Shown piece by piece: positions 30,845 through 40,329 of a stretch of DNA of 57,063 bases. Position 1 is the first letter of the stretch, and each line of letters opens with the position of its first letter. This DNA comes from Patescibacteria group bacterium (lineage in GTDB: Bacteria; Patescibacteriota; JABMPQ01). Position numbers and translations under genes: made by a program. Under the pieces are notes generated by a model. The model saw nothing but the letters and a program-made list of their open reading frames with translations. It was not told where the DNA came from and searched no databases. The stretch lies in the NCBI GenBank assembly GCA_041749335.1, contig JBGTBM010000004.1, positions 1 through 57,063 of the forward strand. The letters run 5' to 3'.

Positions 30845-30881
30845 AAAAAAAGCCCGCATGGTATAAAAACCGCTGCGGGCA
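30845..30881 (-). terminator. Intrinsic terminator after the DGR-target-like gene
   Basis: GCCCGCA...TGCGGGC followed by T7 on the minus strand. Confidence 0.75.
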
Positions 30882-30940
30882 TTATGATTAAAGAACAAAG
30901 AGCTAAGGATAAAAAAATCTAAAGTTCTGAGAGCTGAGTA

Positions 30941-31558
30941 CTACTTGCAGAGGAGGGCCGGGTAATCGTCATCCCAACGAATGCCGAGCCAGCTGAAATG
31001 CCTGCACCACTCACCGCCGTTCCAACACAGACAGCACACATACAGGCGGCCGTCCGAGTAGCGGTAGATCGTCCCCCAGAAGAAGATGTATTTGTCTTTC
31101 CACTCGTCCGGGATGAGATAAGTATGCCCAATCAAATAGTCGAGCACGTTAGCATTGAGGATGAGTTTGCGCTCCAGCTTCTTGCGCAGCTCGTGACCCC
31201 CGATCCCTACGCTCTTTTGCTCAACGTCGAGATAGAGCTCGATTCGGTTTAGATTCAACTCAAACTGGCCACCCTTGAGGTGCTCAACTACTTCCCAGCC
31301 TTTGGGGAGAAGGGGGACGGCGTCGCAGTCGATGATGTGCCTCTTCTCGTTAATCTCGAGTTCGCCGCGCAGAAACGCTTTAGCTCCCTCGATGCCGCCG
31401 ATTTTATTAAGGATCGCTTCCAGCCGGCCCAGAGTGAGTTCTCCGTATTTCACCGGAGAAAATTCCCGTCCTGCCAGCACCTTCTTTACCGCTTCCTTGC
31501 CGCCCAGCAGTTCAATCAGACTCACCGCTTCCTGCAATGTCATGCTTCCGTATTCCAT
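30941..31558 (-). CDS. Putative DGR target (variable) protein with CLec-like C-terminus
   Basis: C-terminus FWGTIYR..DG.LYV.CL.WNGG.W.R.F.WL..RW...YPALL resembles CPR DGR variable regions as I recall them; variable-looking codons are mostly NNY; duplicated N-terminal YG..TL...EA....(L/I)GG.E motif. Confidence 0.7.
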   Translation of the reverse strand: MEYGSMTLQEAVSLIELLGGKEAVKKVLAGREFSPVKYGELTLGRLEAILNKIGGIEGAKAFLRGELEINEKRHIIDCDAVPLLPKGWEVVEHLKGGQFELNLNRIELYLDVEQKSVGIGGHELRKKLERKLILNANVLDYLIGHTYLIPDEWKDKYIFFWGTIYRYSDGRLYVCCLCWNGGEWCRHFSWLGIRWDDDYPALLCK

Positions 31559-31625
31559 TTGGTACTCCTTGGAGCTAGTTGCTCCGCCAAAGATTTGCCT
31601 CTACCCGAGACAGGGGCTTCTCGAT

Positions 31626-31677
31626 ATGAGAAGAGCTTGCTCTAGCCAATTATTCAGCTAGAATAAACTCTTCTCAT
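31626..31677. repeat. 5' leader hairpin (~52 nt)
   Basis: ATGAGAAGAG..TCTAGC...GCTAGA..CTCTTCTCAT. Confidence 0.8.
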
Positions 31678-31707
31678 TTTTAAAATAATACAAGAATCAA
31701 CTTTGAT

Positions 31708-31736
31708 ATTTTAACAATTAATTTTGATATTGTCAA
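31708..31736 (-). promoter_or_regulatory. sigma70 promoter with extended -10
   Basis: TTGACA (31731-31736), 17 nt, TGn-TAAAAT. Confidence 0.7.
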
Positions 31737-31950
31737 GGGTTTTTGGTAATGTGCACACATATATAGCAGTTAGTGGCTAGATTTTGGATAGTAAGTAATT
31801 AGTGATTATTTAGAAATTAGAGAATTAGATATTAGAAATTATTTTGTATTTTATTACTTTCTATTAAACTTTATATGTTTTGTATTACATAATAAAAAGA
31901 GGCTTAAATTAACCTCTTTCAACTCAAATCTTAAATCTGTCATCTAATAT

Positions 31951-32814
31951 CTATTTCTGGCATTTGGAACAATAATGCGTCCCCCTCTGCCCCACTTTAA
32001 TTTTTTTAATAATCACATCTTTGCACCGCAGGCATTTCTTTCCGTCCCGCCGATATACTTTTAAAAGCTTGGTGAAATTACCTTTTTTGCCATTACCGTC
32101 AACATAATCACTAAAAGTGGTCCCCCGCCATGCAATCGCTTTTTTAATAATTTTATTGGCGGCTTGATAAATATTTTTGATATCGCTTTTTGATATATTT
32201 TTGGCTTTTCTGGTTGGCTTAATTTTCACGTCCCACAATATTTCATCGGCGTAAATATTTCCGACTCCCGCGATTAATTTCTGGTTCATTAAAACGCTTT
32301 TAATATATGTAGATCTTCCTTTGAAAATTTCTGTTAATTTTTCCACCGTAAAATCATCTTTAAGCGGTTCAATCCCAAATTCCCGCAAGATTTTATCTAA
32401 ACCTTTTTTATTCTCAATCCGGGCATATCCAAAAGTGCGCAGATCATTGAAAAATAATTTGGATTTATCTTCAAACTCATAAATTATGTGAGAATATTTA
32501 TTGGGCAGTTTCCCCATTTTGGGAAAATCATGTCCGCCGGCCGTATATGATCCGTTATCGCAATAAATCAATTGCCCCGTCATTTTCATATGCATTAACA
32601 GAAATTTATCTGTAGTTTTAAGATCAAAAATTAATAATTTTCCCACCCGATCAATTTTTTTAATACTCTCGCCTTGCAAACTTCCGATAAATTTCTTGGC
32701 GGTCATGCCCGGAATCATATTTTTGCGGTTCACAAAAACCTTGGTAATTTTTTTGCCAATTATTTTTTTTGATAAATCTCTCCTAATTGTTTCCACCTCT
32801 GGCAATTCCGGCAT
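31951..32814 (-). CDS. mutM: Formamidopyrimidine-DNA glycosylase
   Basis: MPELPEVET, GVGNIYADE, C-terminal zinc finger. Confidence 0.97.
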   Translation of the reverse strand: MPELPEVETIRRDLSKKIIGKKITKVFVNRKNMIPGMTAKKFIGSLQGESIKKIDRVGKLLIFDLKTTDKFLLMHMKMTGQLIYCDNGSYTAGGHDFPKMGKLPNKYSHIIYEFEDKSKLFFNDLRTFGYARIENKKGLDKILREFGIEPLKDDFTVEKLTEIFKGRSTYIKSVLMNQKLIAGVGNIYADEILWDVKIKPTRKAKNISKSDIKNIYQAANKIIKKAIAWRGTTFSDYVDGNGKKGNFTKLLKVYRRDGKKCLRCKDVIIKKIKVGQRGTHYCSKCQK

Positions 32815-32830
32815 AATAATTTAATAATAT

Positions 32831-33544
32831 TTATAAATAATTTAGATCCGATTCCCATTTCTTGGGATTATTTTTTATATATTTTTTAATATTACGCAAT
32901 TCATTTTCATTTCTAATAATTCGATCATAATACCCCGACTGCCATAATTTATTTCCAATTGTTTTTTGAATAATATTTATTTCCTTTGTCGTTTGCATTT
33001 TAAACCTACCGATAATTTTTGGAATTAACATCTTTCGACGAATAACGCGATTATCAATATTTTTATCATTTTTTTCCCGTAGAGACAATTCATGAATTGT
33101 CTCTACACCACGGATTGTCTCAACATTATTATGATCCACGCCATGAATTGTCTCTACGTCACGAATTTTCTCGACATTATTATGATCAACATCATGAATT
33201 GTCTCTACGCCACGGATTGTCTCTACATTATTATGATCCGTTTTATTAATTGTCTTAATATTGCCGTGTAAGACAATTATTCCGTGAATATGATTGGGCA
33301 TAATTATAAAATCATCCAATTTTATACCCAAATGATTATTATTTAATTCTGTCCAAAATTTTTCAATAATTCTGCCCCGCCATGACATATCCATTTTGCC
33401 GTCTTTAACATCGCCAAACAAACATGTGTGATCCTTCGTACAAATGGTAACAAAATAATAACCACTATTCGAATAATTCCAATTCTGTAATCGGGTGGAT
33501 TTTATCCGATATTTATTTTTAAATAATTCCTCCTTTTTTATCAA
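32831..33544 (-). mobile_element. REP-associated tyrosine transposase (Y1/HUH, IS200-like fold)
   Basis: YFVTICT, MPNHIHGI (HUH), WQ.GYYDRIIR, YI.NNP. Confidence 0.88.
33079..33240. repeat. 28-bp REP-like palindrome plus 3 x 51-bp in-frame tandem repeat inside the transposase
   Basis: GTAGAGACAATTCATGAATTGTCTCTAC at 33079-33106; peptide unit DHNNVE(T/K)IR(G/D)VETIH.. three times. Confidence 0.88.
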
Positions 33545-33553
33545 ATTTTATAT

Positions 33554-33994
33554 TTAATTTCTACCGTAAACCCCCACCAATTCCGCTTGATCAATAATAT
33601 GCCCTGCCATCGCATTTAACAAATCCTGCTTGGTATTGTCTTCAATCAAAAATAATTCATCATCGAGGGAGTATAAACGAAAAAAATATCGATGCTCGCC
33701 CGCCGGCGGACAGGGACCACCATAACCCGGCTTACCAAAATCAGTCGCGCCTTCCATGGCATCAGACGGAACGCTATTTTCCGCAATGCCCGGTGTTTTT
33801 GGATTAATATTCCACACCGTCCAATGCGTCCAATTACAGGATGGCGCGTCCGGATCATCGCAGATTAAAACCAGGCTTTGCGCATTTTCCGAAACATCAA
33901 TAAATTCTAAGGGGGGATTGATATTTTCGCCATCGCAGGTATATTGGGCGGGAATTTTTTCAAGGTGGTTAAAAGCAGGGCTGATGATTTTCAT
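33554..33994 (-). CDS. YbhB/YbcL (PEBP/RKIP) family protein
   Basis: DPDAP, HW..WNI, YGGPCPP.G.HRY. Confidence 0.93.
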   Translation of the reverse strand: MKIISPAFNHLEKIPAQYTCDGENINPPLEFIDVSENAQSLVLICDDPDAPSCNWTHWTVWNINPKTPGIAENSVPSDAMEGATDFGKPGYGGPCPPAGEHRYFFRLYSLDDELFLIEDNTKQDLLNAMAGHIIDQAELVGVYGRN

Positions 33995-34004
33995 AATTAT
34001 TAAT

Positions 34005-35342
34005 TTAATGATTTATCTTTTTAATATATTCTTTAATATTAAATTTTCTTTTTAATCCGTCAGCGCTCATATATCTCACGTAGCCGTAAATTTTTCTCTC
34101 TCCCCAAGGCCGGTCATGCACGCCGCCGATTGACCAGGCAATCCCGGCATAGCCATTGGGATCACGGCCGTCTAACTCATATTTGTCGTTTAGATAAATA
34201 GCAATTTTTAAGGCCGTCATTGGATCTTTAGTCCATTCAAGAATTTTCTTCGCCCAGTACATACGCATGTATCCATGCATCTTGCCAGTTTTCACCATTT
34301 CTATTTGCGCCGCGTTCCAAATTTCATCATGACTCTTGGCATTTTCCAGTTGTTTTTTTGTATAAAGATATTGCCTCTTATCTTTCTGATGCTTTATTAA
34401 AGATTTTCGCGCCCACTCGGGGAACCCTGCAAATTTATCATAGTTTTTTTCATAGTAGCAAAAATTATCCGCCAACTCACGCCTGATTATTAATTCTTCC
34501 AAAAATGCATCTTTGTTGTTTTTGCCGGCCTTGGATTTTTTTACTTCTAGGGCCACCCGCTGCGCAGATATTTGGCCAAAATGAAGGTAAGGCGATAAAT
34601 TTGATTGGCCGTCTCGGGCCGGATCATTGCGATCTCGGGAATAATTATTTAATTTCTTATCAACAAAAAGCTTCAGCGCTTTCTTTGCTGCTTTTTCTCC
34701 CGGCTTAATCCAATCTACAGGCTTTATCACATGATCAATTTCTAATTTTGTTAAAATATCCTCCCAACGATTTTTAACTTTTTTAGATTTTAATTTTTGT
34801 TTTTTAACTTGAGGGAATTCAACTAAAAATTTATCTAATTTGTTTGTAATTTTTTTTCTGATGGTAAAAGCAGCATACTCTTTTTTATCCGACGCCTCCC
34901 AAGCCGGCACAATATTGTGCGCATCCACTTCATGAAAAGCGATGTTAATTTTATTCGCCATCGCAGCTTTCCATTTTCTTTTTATTCGCAAAGGATCAAA
35001 GTCAGTTACCAATAAACCCGCTTTATTTTTCTTCAAAAATGTTGGAATTTCTTCTGCCGGATCTCCCCAGAGCAGATGAAAAGCAATATTTTTATTGATT
35101 AAATCTCTCTCTAGCTGCTGCAAGCCCTCAAGCATGAAATCATACTGCCGCAGTGTTGCGCCTAAAAAATTTTTAATCAAACAAAAACAGACTAATATAT
35201 TTTGGTTATTTTCATTTGCTTTTTCCTGCGCATAAAGCAGCGCCCAATTGTCCCGGACTCTTTGATCCCGGCTCATCCAATAGATAATTGAGCCCTTTTT
35301 AATCGCCTTAGTATTCAATTTTTTTATTCTGTCTAAATGCAT
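34005..35342 (-). CDS. phr: Class II CPD photolyase
   Basis: YWMSRDQR..DNWAL, SPYLHFGQIS, GKMHGYMRMYWAKKILEW. Confidence 0.95.
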   Translation of the reverse strand: MHLDRIKKLNTKAIKKGSIIYWMSRDQRVRDNWALLYAQEKANENNQNILVCFCLIKNFLGATLRQYDFMLEGLQQLERDLINKNIAFHLLWGDPAEEIPTFLKKNKAGLLVTDFDPLRIKRKWKAAMANKINIAFHEVDAHNIVPAWEASDKKEYAAFTIRKKITNKLDKFLVEFPQVKKQKLKSKKVKNRWEDILTKLEIDHVIKPVDWIKPGEKAAKKALKLFVDKKLNNYSRDRNDPARDGQSNLSPYLHFGQISAQRVALEVKKSKAGKNNKDAFLEELIIRRELADNFCYYEKNYDKFAGFPEWARKSLIKHQKDKRQYLYTKKQLENAKSHDEIWNAAQIEMVKTGKMHGYMRMYWAKKILEWTKDPMTALKIAIYLNDKYELDGRDPNGYAGIAWSIGGVHDRPWGERKIYGYVRYMSADGLKRKFNIKEYIKKINH

Positions 35343-36182
35343 TTATTTAAATACGGTATAAATAAAAAATATAAAACCGATCGCGCCGGTTAAATATGGA
35401 TAAATTTTATATACTCTGCCAATCTTTATATCCGAAAAAATTAAAATCATTAATGGCACCAAGGGATAAACCAGCAAAATTATCCACCAATATAAAGGTA
35501 TTTTAAAATATAGAATTCCCGCAAAACTCACCCAAAATAAAAAGCATAAAAATAAGGAAGGACTTTTACCAAATTTAACTGCGGTAGTTTTTATCCCGGC
35601 ATCTTTATCATATTTAATATCGGGAACAGCAGAAAAAAGATGCATAGCTGAAGTCCAAAAGAACAGCGCCAAAATCACATCCCAAGAAGGAAAGAGGCCG
35701 CTGGCTTGATGATAGCCGATCAGGCCGGGAATAAAATATAAAGCATTAGAAGAAAAATCCAATATCGGGCGCGCTTTAAATCTAACCGGCTCAGCGCTAT
35801 ATGTATAAGACAAATATACAAAAACGACTAGCAGTATCAATTCAGCAAGATCAAAATTAAGCATAATGGCGGCAATAAAAAAAACGAAGGAATATAAAAT
35901 AATCTTGGATAATTCTTTTCGCTCTTGCTCGATTAATTTGTGTTCGTATTCACCTTTCTTCGGATTTTTTTGGTCTTCTGCGGCATCATAATAATCATTG
36001 ACTCCATATAAAAATATATTGGCCGGGATCATAAAAAGAAACAAATAGAAAAAGAATTGAATATTTATAAATTCGTTCAAATTATCTACGCCAAACGCAT
36101 AACCCAGCAGATATGTTCCGCCTAAATACAGCCAAAATCTTATGCGTGAAACCTTGAAGCCCAATTTTAATAATGCGAACAT
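35343..36182 (-). CDS. UbiA-family prenyltransferase (lycopene elongase CrtEb/LyeJ-like)
   Basis: SR..FWLY, YGVNDYYD...D..NPKK, YSAEPVRFK, D...D..AGIKTTA; adjacent to crtB and crtI. Confidence 0.8.
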   Translation of the reverse strand: MFALLKLGFKVSRIRFWLYLGGTYLLGYAFGVDNLNEFINIQFFFYLFLFMIPANIFLYGVNDYYDAAEDQKNPKKGEYEHKLIEQERKELSKIILYSFVFFIAAIMLNFDLAELILLVVFVYLSYTYSAEPVRFKARPILDFSSNALYFIPGLIGYHQASGLFPSWDVILALFFWTSAMHLFSAVPDIKYDKDAGIKTTAVKFGKSPSLFLCFLFWVSFAGILYFKIPLYWWIILLVYPLVPLMILIFSDIKIGRVYKIYPYLTGAIGFIFFIYTVFK

Positions 36183-36185
36183 GAG

Positions 36186-37016
36186 TTATTTGATTAAGCG
36201 CATGGTATTGTTGCTGATTTTCATCATAATATACGGAACCCCGGGTTTTATTTTTTCTTTGAAGATTTTCAAAGGATTTTTTTCTATATTTTTTGCTGTC
36301 CAGCCGTATAAATCCGATGCGGTTTTTATCGGAATCAGATAGCGTTTAGGAATATACTGATATCCCTTTTCAGCTTCTTTCTGCCAACCTTTATATCTTT
36401 TCAGTTGGAATTTAATAAATTTATTAAAGTTGTTTTTATTTTTTGAAATTGTAGATTCTTTTAAATTTTTCAATTTGAATTTTTCCAAATCTTCTTGCGG
36501 AAAATATATTCGCCCTAATTCATTATCCTCATTTATATCTCTTATAAAATTAATGAATTGCATCGATCGACCTAACATACTAGCCTTATTATAAGATTTT
36601 TTTGAAAGTCCCATAATTTTTGACATCATTAGGCCGATTACTTCAGCAGAACCGTGCATATATTCGACCGTATCACTTAATTTTTCGTATTTTCTTTCAA
36701 ACAAGTCCATCTCCATCGACTTAAAAAAATTATCGATCCATTCTTTTTCAAATTTCCTTTTATTCAAAAGATCTACAAATGAATCAACCACTTCGTCGTT
36801 CACTTTTTTCCCGCTTAATGCTTTATAATATTTTTCTTTAAATTTAAAATAATTGTTTTTTTGCGTCGGCCGGCTATCAACATAGTCATCTGCCTTGCGT
36901 ACAAAACCATATAAGCGAAAAACGTCGCCTCGCACCCCGGTGGGAAAAAACAAACTGGAATAAAAATAAGTTCTACTGCCCTTTTTAAATATGTTAAATA
37001 TTTTTTTACTTACCAT
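36186..37016 (-). CDS. crtB: Phytoene/squalene synthase
   Basis: LYGFVR.ADDYVD, Q.INFIRDI.ED..LGRIYFP. Confidence 0.9.
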   Translation of the reverse strand: MVSKKIFNIFKKGSRTYFYSSLFFPTGVRGDVFRLYGFVRKADDYVDSRPTQKNNYFKFKEKYYKALSGKKVNDEVVDSFVDLLNKRKFEKEWIDNFFKSMEMDLFERKYEKLSDTVEYMHGSAEVIGLMMSKIMGLSKKSYNKASMLGRSMQFINFIRDINEDNELGRIYFPQEDLEKFKLKNLKESTISKNKNNFNKFIKFQLKRYKGWQKEAEKGYQYIPKRYLIPIKTASDLYGWTAKNIEKNPLKIFKEKIKPGVPYIMMKISNNTMRLIK

Positions 37017-38475
37017 AATCTTCTTTGATTAAATTATTAACAATTTGGGAAGAAATTAAAGTGGTGGGAATACCAATGCCGGGATGAGTATATTGTCCGA
37101 CATAATATAATTCTTTAACCTTTTTGCTTTGATGAGCAGGACGAAAATTAAGCGATTGCCACAAGGTATGAGTTAAACCCAAAGAAGTGCCCTTATAGGC
37201 ATTGTATTTTCCAATGAAATCACGGTGCGCAAATATTTTTTTTACGACGATTGAATCCTTAATACTTTCTCCCACAAGTTTTTCCATACGAGATATTATT
37301 TTATCAAAATATTTATTTCTAAAATCATCTTCATCCTTAAGTCCGGGAGCTACGGGCACTAAAATAAAAATTATATCGCAGCCCGGAGGCGCAATAGTAC
37401 TATCGGTTCTCGTCGGTACGCAAGTATAAAAAGAGGGATATTCCGGCCATTCCGGACTCTTGGCAAATATTGATTCAAAATGTTCCTCCCAATCGTAATC
37501 AAAATACAAGGAGTGGTGCAATAATTGCTTTATCTTTTTATTAAGCCCCAAATAAACGATAAAAGCTGATGGAGCAATAATTTTTTTCTGCCAATATTTT
37601 TCCGGATAAGTTTGATATTTTTTATCCAATAATTCGGTTTCGGTGTGGTGATAATCGGCGGATGAAACCAACACATCATAATTATATAAACCCATTTGAG
37701 TTGTTATTTTTCTCTCATCCGGATTTATTTTTTTAACCGGATTATTTAATATAATTTTCACTCCATTGTCTTGAGCTAAGCTCACCAACGAATCTATAAA
37801 CTTACTAAACCCGCCCTGTGGATAAAAAACTCCCATATCAAAGTCAACATGCGCCATAATCGAATAAAGAGCAGGAATATTTTTAGGTGATCCTCCCAAA
37901 AAAACTATGTTATAAAGCAATACCTTTATTAACTTTTCATTTTTAAAATATTTGCGGGCAAATTTCCCAATATTGGTTAAAGCTCTGATTTTAGATCCCT
38001 TTTTTATTACATCAAGATCTATTAAATCAGTTAGCTTTTTAAAATCTGCATAAAGAAATTTTTCTTTTGCGATATCATATTGGAGCTTGGAAATTTTTAA
38101 ATATTGTTTTAACTTTTCCGCCCCTCCCCGCTCTAATGATTCAAATAAATCAAATATTTTTTGCTTGGAAGCAGGTACATCAATAATGTCGTCCCGGCCA
38201 AAAAAAATCCGATATGACGGATCCAGCCTTTTTAAACTCATAAAATCTTCCGGTTTTTTATCAAATTCAGCATAGAAATTTTCAAAAATATCCGGCATCA
38301 AATACCAGCTCGGCCCCATATCAAAAGTAAAATCCTGTTCGCTAAACACTGAAGCGCGGCCTCCGACTTCCTTGTTTTTTTCTATAATGGTAACTTTGTG
38401 CCCCTGTTTAGCGAGAAGTGCGCCCGCGGAAAGCCCTCCCACCCCAGCACCGATCACCAGTATATTTTTTTTCAT
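37006..38475 (-). CDS. crtI: Phytoene desaturase family
   Basis: GAG.GGL, FDMGPSWYLMPD, LYYVG..THPG.G.P. Confidence 0.92.
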   Translation of the reverse strand: MKKNILVIGAGVGGLSAGALLAKQGHKVTIIEKNKEVGGRASVFSEQDFTFDMGPSWYLMPDIFENFYAEFDKKPEDFMSLKRLDPSYRIFFGRDDIIDVPASKQKIFDLFESLERGGAEKLKQYLKISKLQYDIAKEKFLYADFKKLTDLIDLDVIKKGSKIRALTNIGKFARKYFKNEKLIKVLLYNIVFLGGSPKNIPALYSIMAHVDFDMGVFYPQGGFSKFIDSLVSLAQDNGVKIILNNPVKKINPDERKITTQMGLYNYDVLVSSADYHHTETELLDKKYQTYPEKYWQKKIIAPSAFIVYLGLNKKIKQLLHHSLYFDYDWEEHFESIFAKSPEWPEYPSFYTCVPTRTDSTIAPPGCDIIFILVPVAPGLKDEDDFRNKYFDKIISRMEKLVGESIKDSIVVKKIFAHRDFIGKYNAYKGTSLGLTHTLWQSLNFRPAHQSKKVKELYYVGQYTHPGIGIPTTLISSQIVNNLIKEDYGK

Positions 38476-38482
38476 ATATTTT

Positions 38483-39625
38483 TTATTTATTATCTATGCC
38501 AATTGCTTGAGAAATATTGTTAAAACCATCCCGCCTTAATAATTTTACCAAGCCTCTATTTATTTCACTTACAACATGGGGGCCCTTAAATATTAGACCT
38601 GTTATCATTTGCAGCAGAGAAGCACCCAACTTTATTTTTTTATAAGCATCTTGAGCGGTAAATATCCCGCCACATCCTATTATCACAAACTTACTATCTG
38701 TTTCTTTATAAATAAATTTTATCATCTCATTGGAAATATTCTCAATTATTTTTCCGCTTAAACCGCCTTTTTCAGGAATCTCGCTGTCATAAATATTAGG
38801 CAAATTCCTTTTTTTCGTAAGATTGCTGCAGATAAATCCACTAATATTAAATTTTTCCGATAAAGAAATAATTTCTAAGAGCTCATTTTTTGATAAATCG
38901 GGAGATAATTTTATAAAAATCGGCTTTTCTTTTTTATGTAATGTTATCGCTTGCAGCAGCTCGCCCAAGCTTTTTTTGTCGGTAAAAGGTTGGCCGCCGT
39001 AAGCATTCGGACAGCTAATGTTAATCGTAATATAATCTCCCAATGATTCAAGCCTGCTATATGCTTTCAAATAATCAGCTGTTCCATCGCTCAAATCCAC
39101 CGTCTTGGGGCTATTGGTTTTAGCTAAACTTATACCCACAGGAAAATTGAATTTTTTATTAATTAAATTATTATATATTTTTTCGCATCCCAAATTATTT
39201 AAGCCATAATAAACAGCAATGCTTTGTGAATTGATAAGACGCCATAATCTCGGCTTCGGATTGCCCTTGCATGGCTCGCCTGTTATGGATCCAATTTCCT
39301 CATAACCAAAACCCAAAGAAGGTAGTATTTGTGTTAACTTGGCGTCCTTGTCAAATCCGGCTGCTAATCCGATCGGGTTTTTAAACTTTATCCCGCATAT
39401 TTCCTGTTCCAAGGCTTTATTTTCGTAATAAAATAATTTTTTTAATACATTCGTTTTAAATCGGCTTTTACCGAAAGATTCTCCTTTTAAAATCATTTGA
39501 TCATGAATTTTTTCCGGATCGAATTTAAAAAATATTTTTTTAATAATTTTTTCGTAGCCGGTTTTATAAATTTTATTTCTTACTCCAATATATTTATCAT
39601 TCATATTATATTTTATTTTTAACAT
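38483..39625 (-). CDS. pyrD: Dihydroorotate dehydrogenase, class 2 (quinone)
   Basis: NPIGLAAGFDK, GNPKPRL, NISCPN, GGLSG; start may be 39604. Confidence 0.92.
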   Translation of the reverse strand: MLKIKYNMNDKYIGVRNKIYKTGYEKIIKKIFFKFDPEKIHDQMILKGESFGKSRFKTNVLKKLFYYENKALEQEICGIKFKNPIGLAAGFDKDAKLTQILPSLGFGYEEIGSITGEPCKGNPKPRLWRLINSQSIAVYYGLNNLGCEKIYNNLINKKFNFPVGISLAKTNSPKTVDLSDGTADYLKAYSRLESLGDYITINISCPNAYGGQPFTDKKSLGELLQAITLHKKEKPIFIKLSPDLSKNELLEIISLSEKFNISGFICSNLTKKRNLPNIYDSEIPEKGGLSGKIIENISNEMIKFIYKETDSKFVIIGCGGIFTAQDAYKKIKLGASLLQMITGLIFKGPHVVSEINRGLVKLLRRDGFNNISQAIGIDNK

Positions 39626-40283
39626 CTTTGACTTCTACCGCATCCTTGATGTGAAAATCGCCAACTCTGGTTCTTGTAAGCTCCGCAATATATCCTCCGG
39701 TTTTTAACTCCTTTCCAATATCTCTAGCGAGAGACCGAATATAAACTCCGGGGCCGGTTACAACTTTTATTTCAAGATAAGGCCACTGATATTTTAAAAT
39801 TTCTATGGATTTTATTTCTACCGGCCTTGGCTTTAAATCAATTTTTTTTCCGGCGCGCGCAATTTGGTAAGCCTTTTTCCCCTTAATTTTAATTGCGCTA
39901 TAGCGTGGCGGAATTTGTTGAATTTTTCCCAAAAAAAAGGTTAAGGCTTGAGAAATCTCCTTGAAAGAAGGAATATTTTTAACCGCTATTTTTTCTTTCT
40001 CGCCTTCTGCGTCATCGGTTGTGCTGTTCATCCCCAATCGGATGGTCGCCAAATACTCTTTTTCTTTTTTAACAATATCTTGAAGCCTCTTTGTCCCCTT
40101 GCCGATGCCTACCACCAAAACTCCGGAGGCAAGCGGATCAAGCGTTCCGGCATGACCCACTCCCTTTTTCAAACCCAAAACTTTTTTTATTTGAGTCAAA
40201 ACATCATTGGAAGTCGGCCCCAGCGGCTTATTAATTACGATTATTGTATCTAAATTATTTGGCATTATTTTCAAATTTCTCAA
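39606..40283 (-). CDS. truB: tRNA pseudouridine(55) synthase
   Basis: GHAGTLDPLASG, PP.YSA.K, YIRSLARD. Confidence 0.95.
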   Translation of the reverse strand: MRNLKIMPNNLDTIIVINKPLGPTSNDVLTQIKKVLGLKKGVGHAGTLDPLASGVLVVGIGKGTKRLQDIVKKEKEYLATIRLGMNSTTDDAEGEKEKIAVKNIPSFKEISQALTFFLGKIQQIPPRYSAIKIKGKKAYQIARAGKKIDLKPRPVEIKSIEILKYQWPYLEIKVVTGPGVYIRSLARDIGKELKTGGYIAELTRTRVGDFHIKDAVEVKDVKNKI

Positions 40284-40329
40284 AATTATTACTGCATTTT
40301 TTAATATAATCGTTTATTTTATATTAATG

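Noticed and set aside
33079-33240. CRISPR-like array
   Set aside because: The units are contiguous, in-frame coding repeats without unique spacers, and no cas genes are present.
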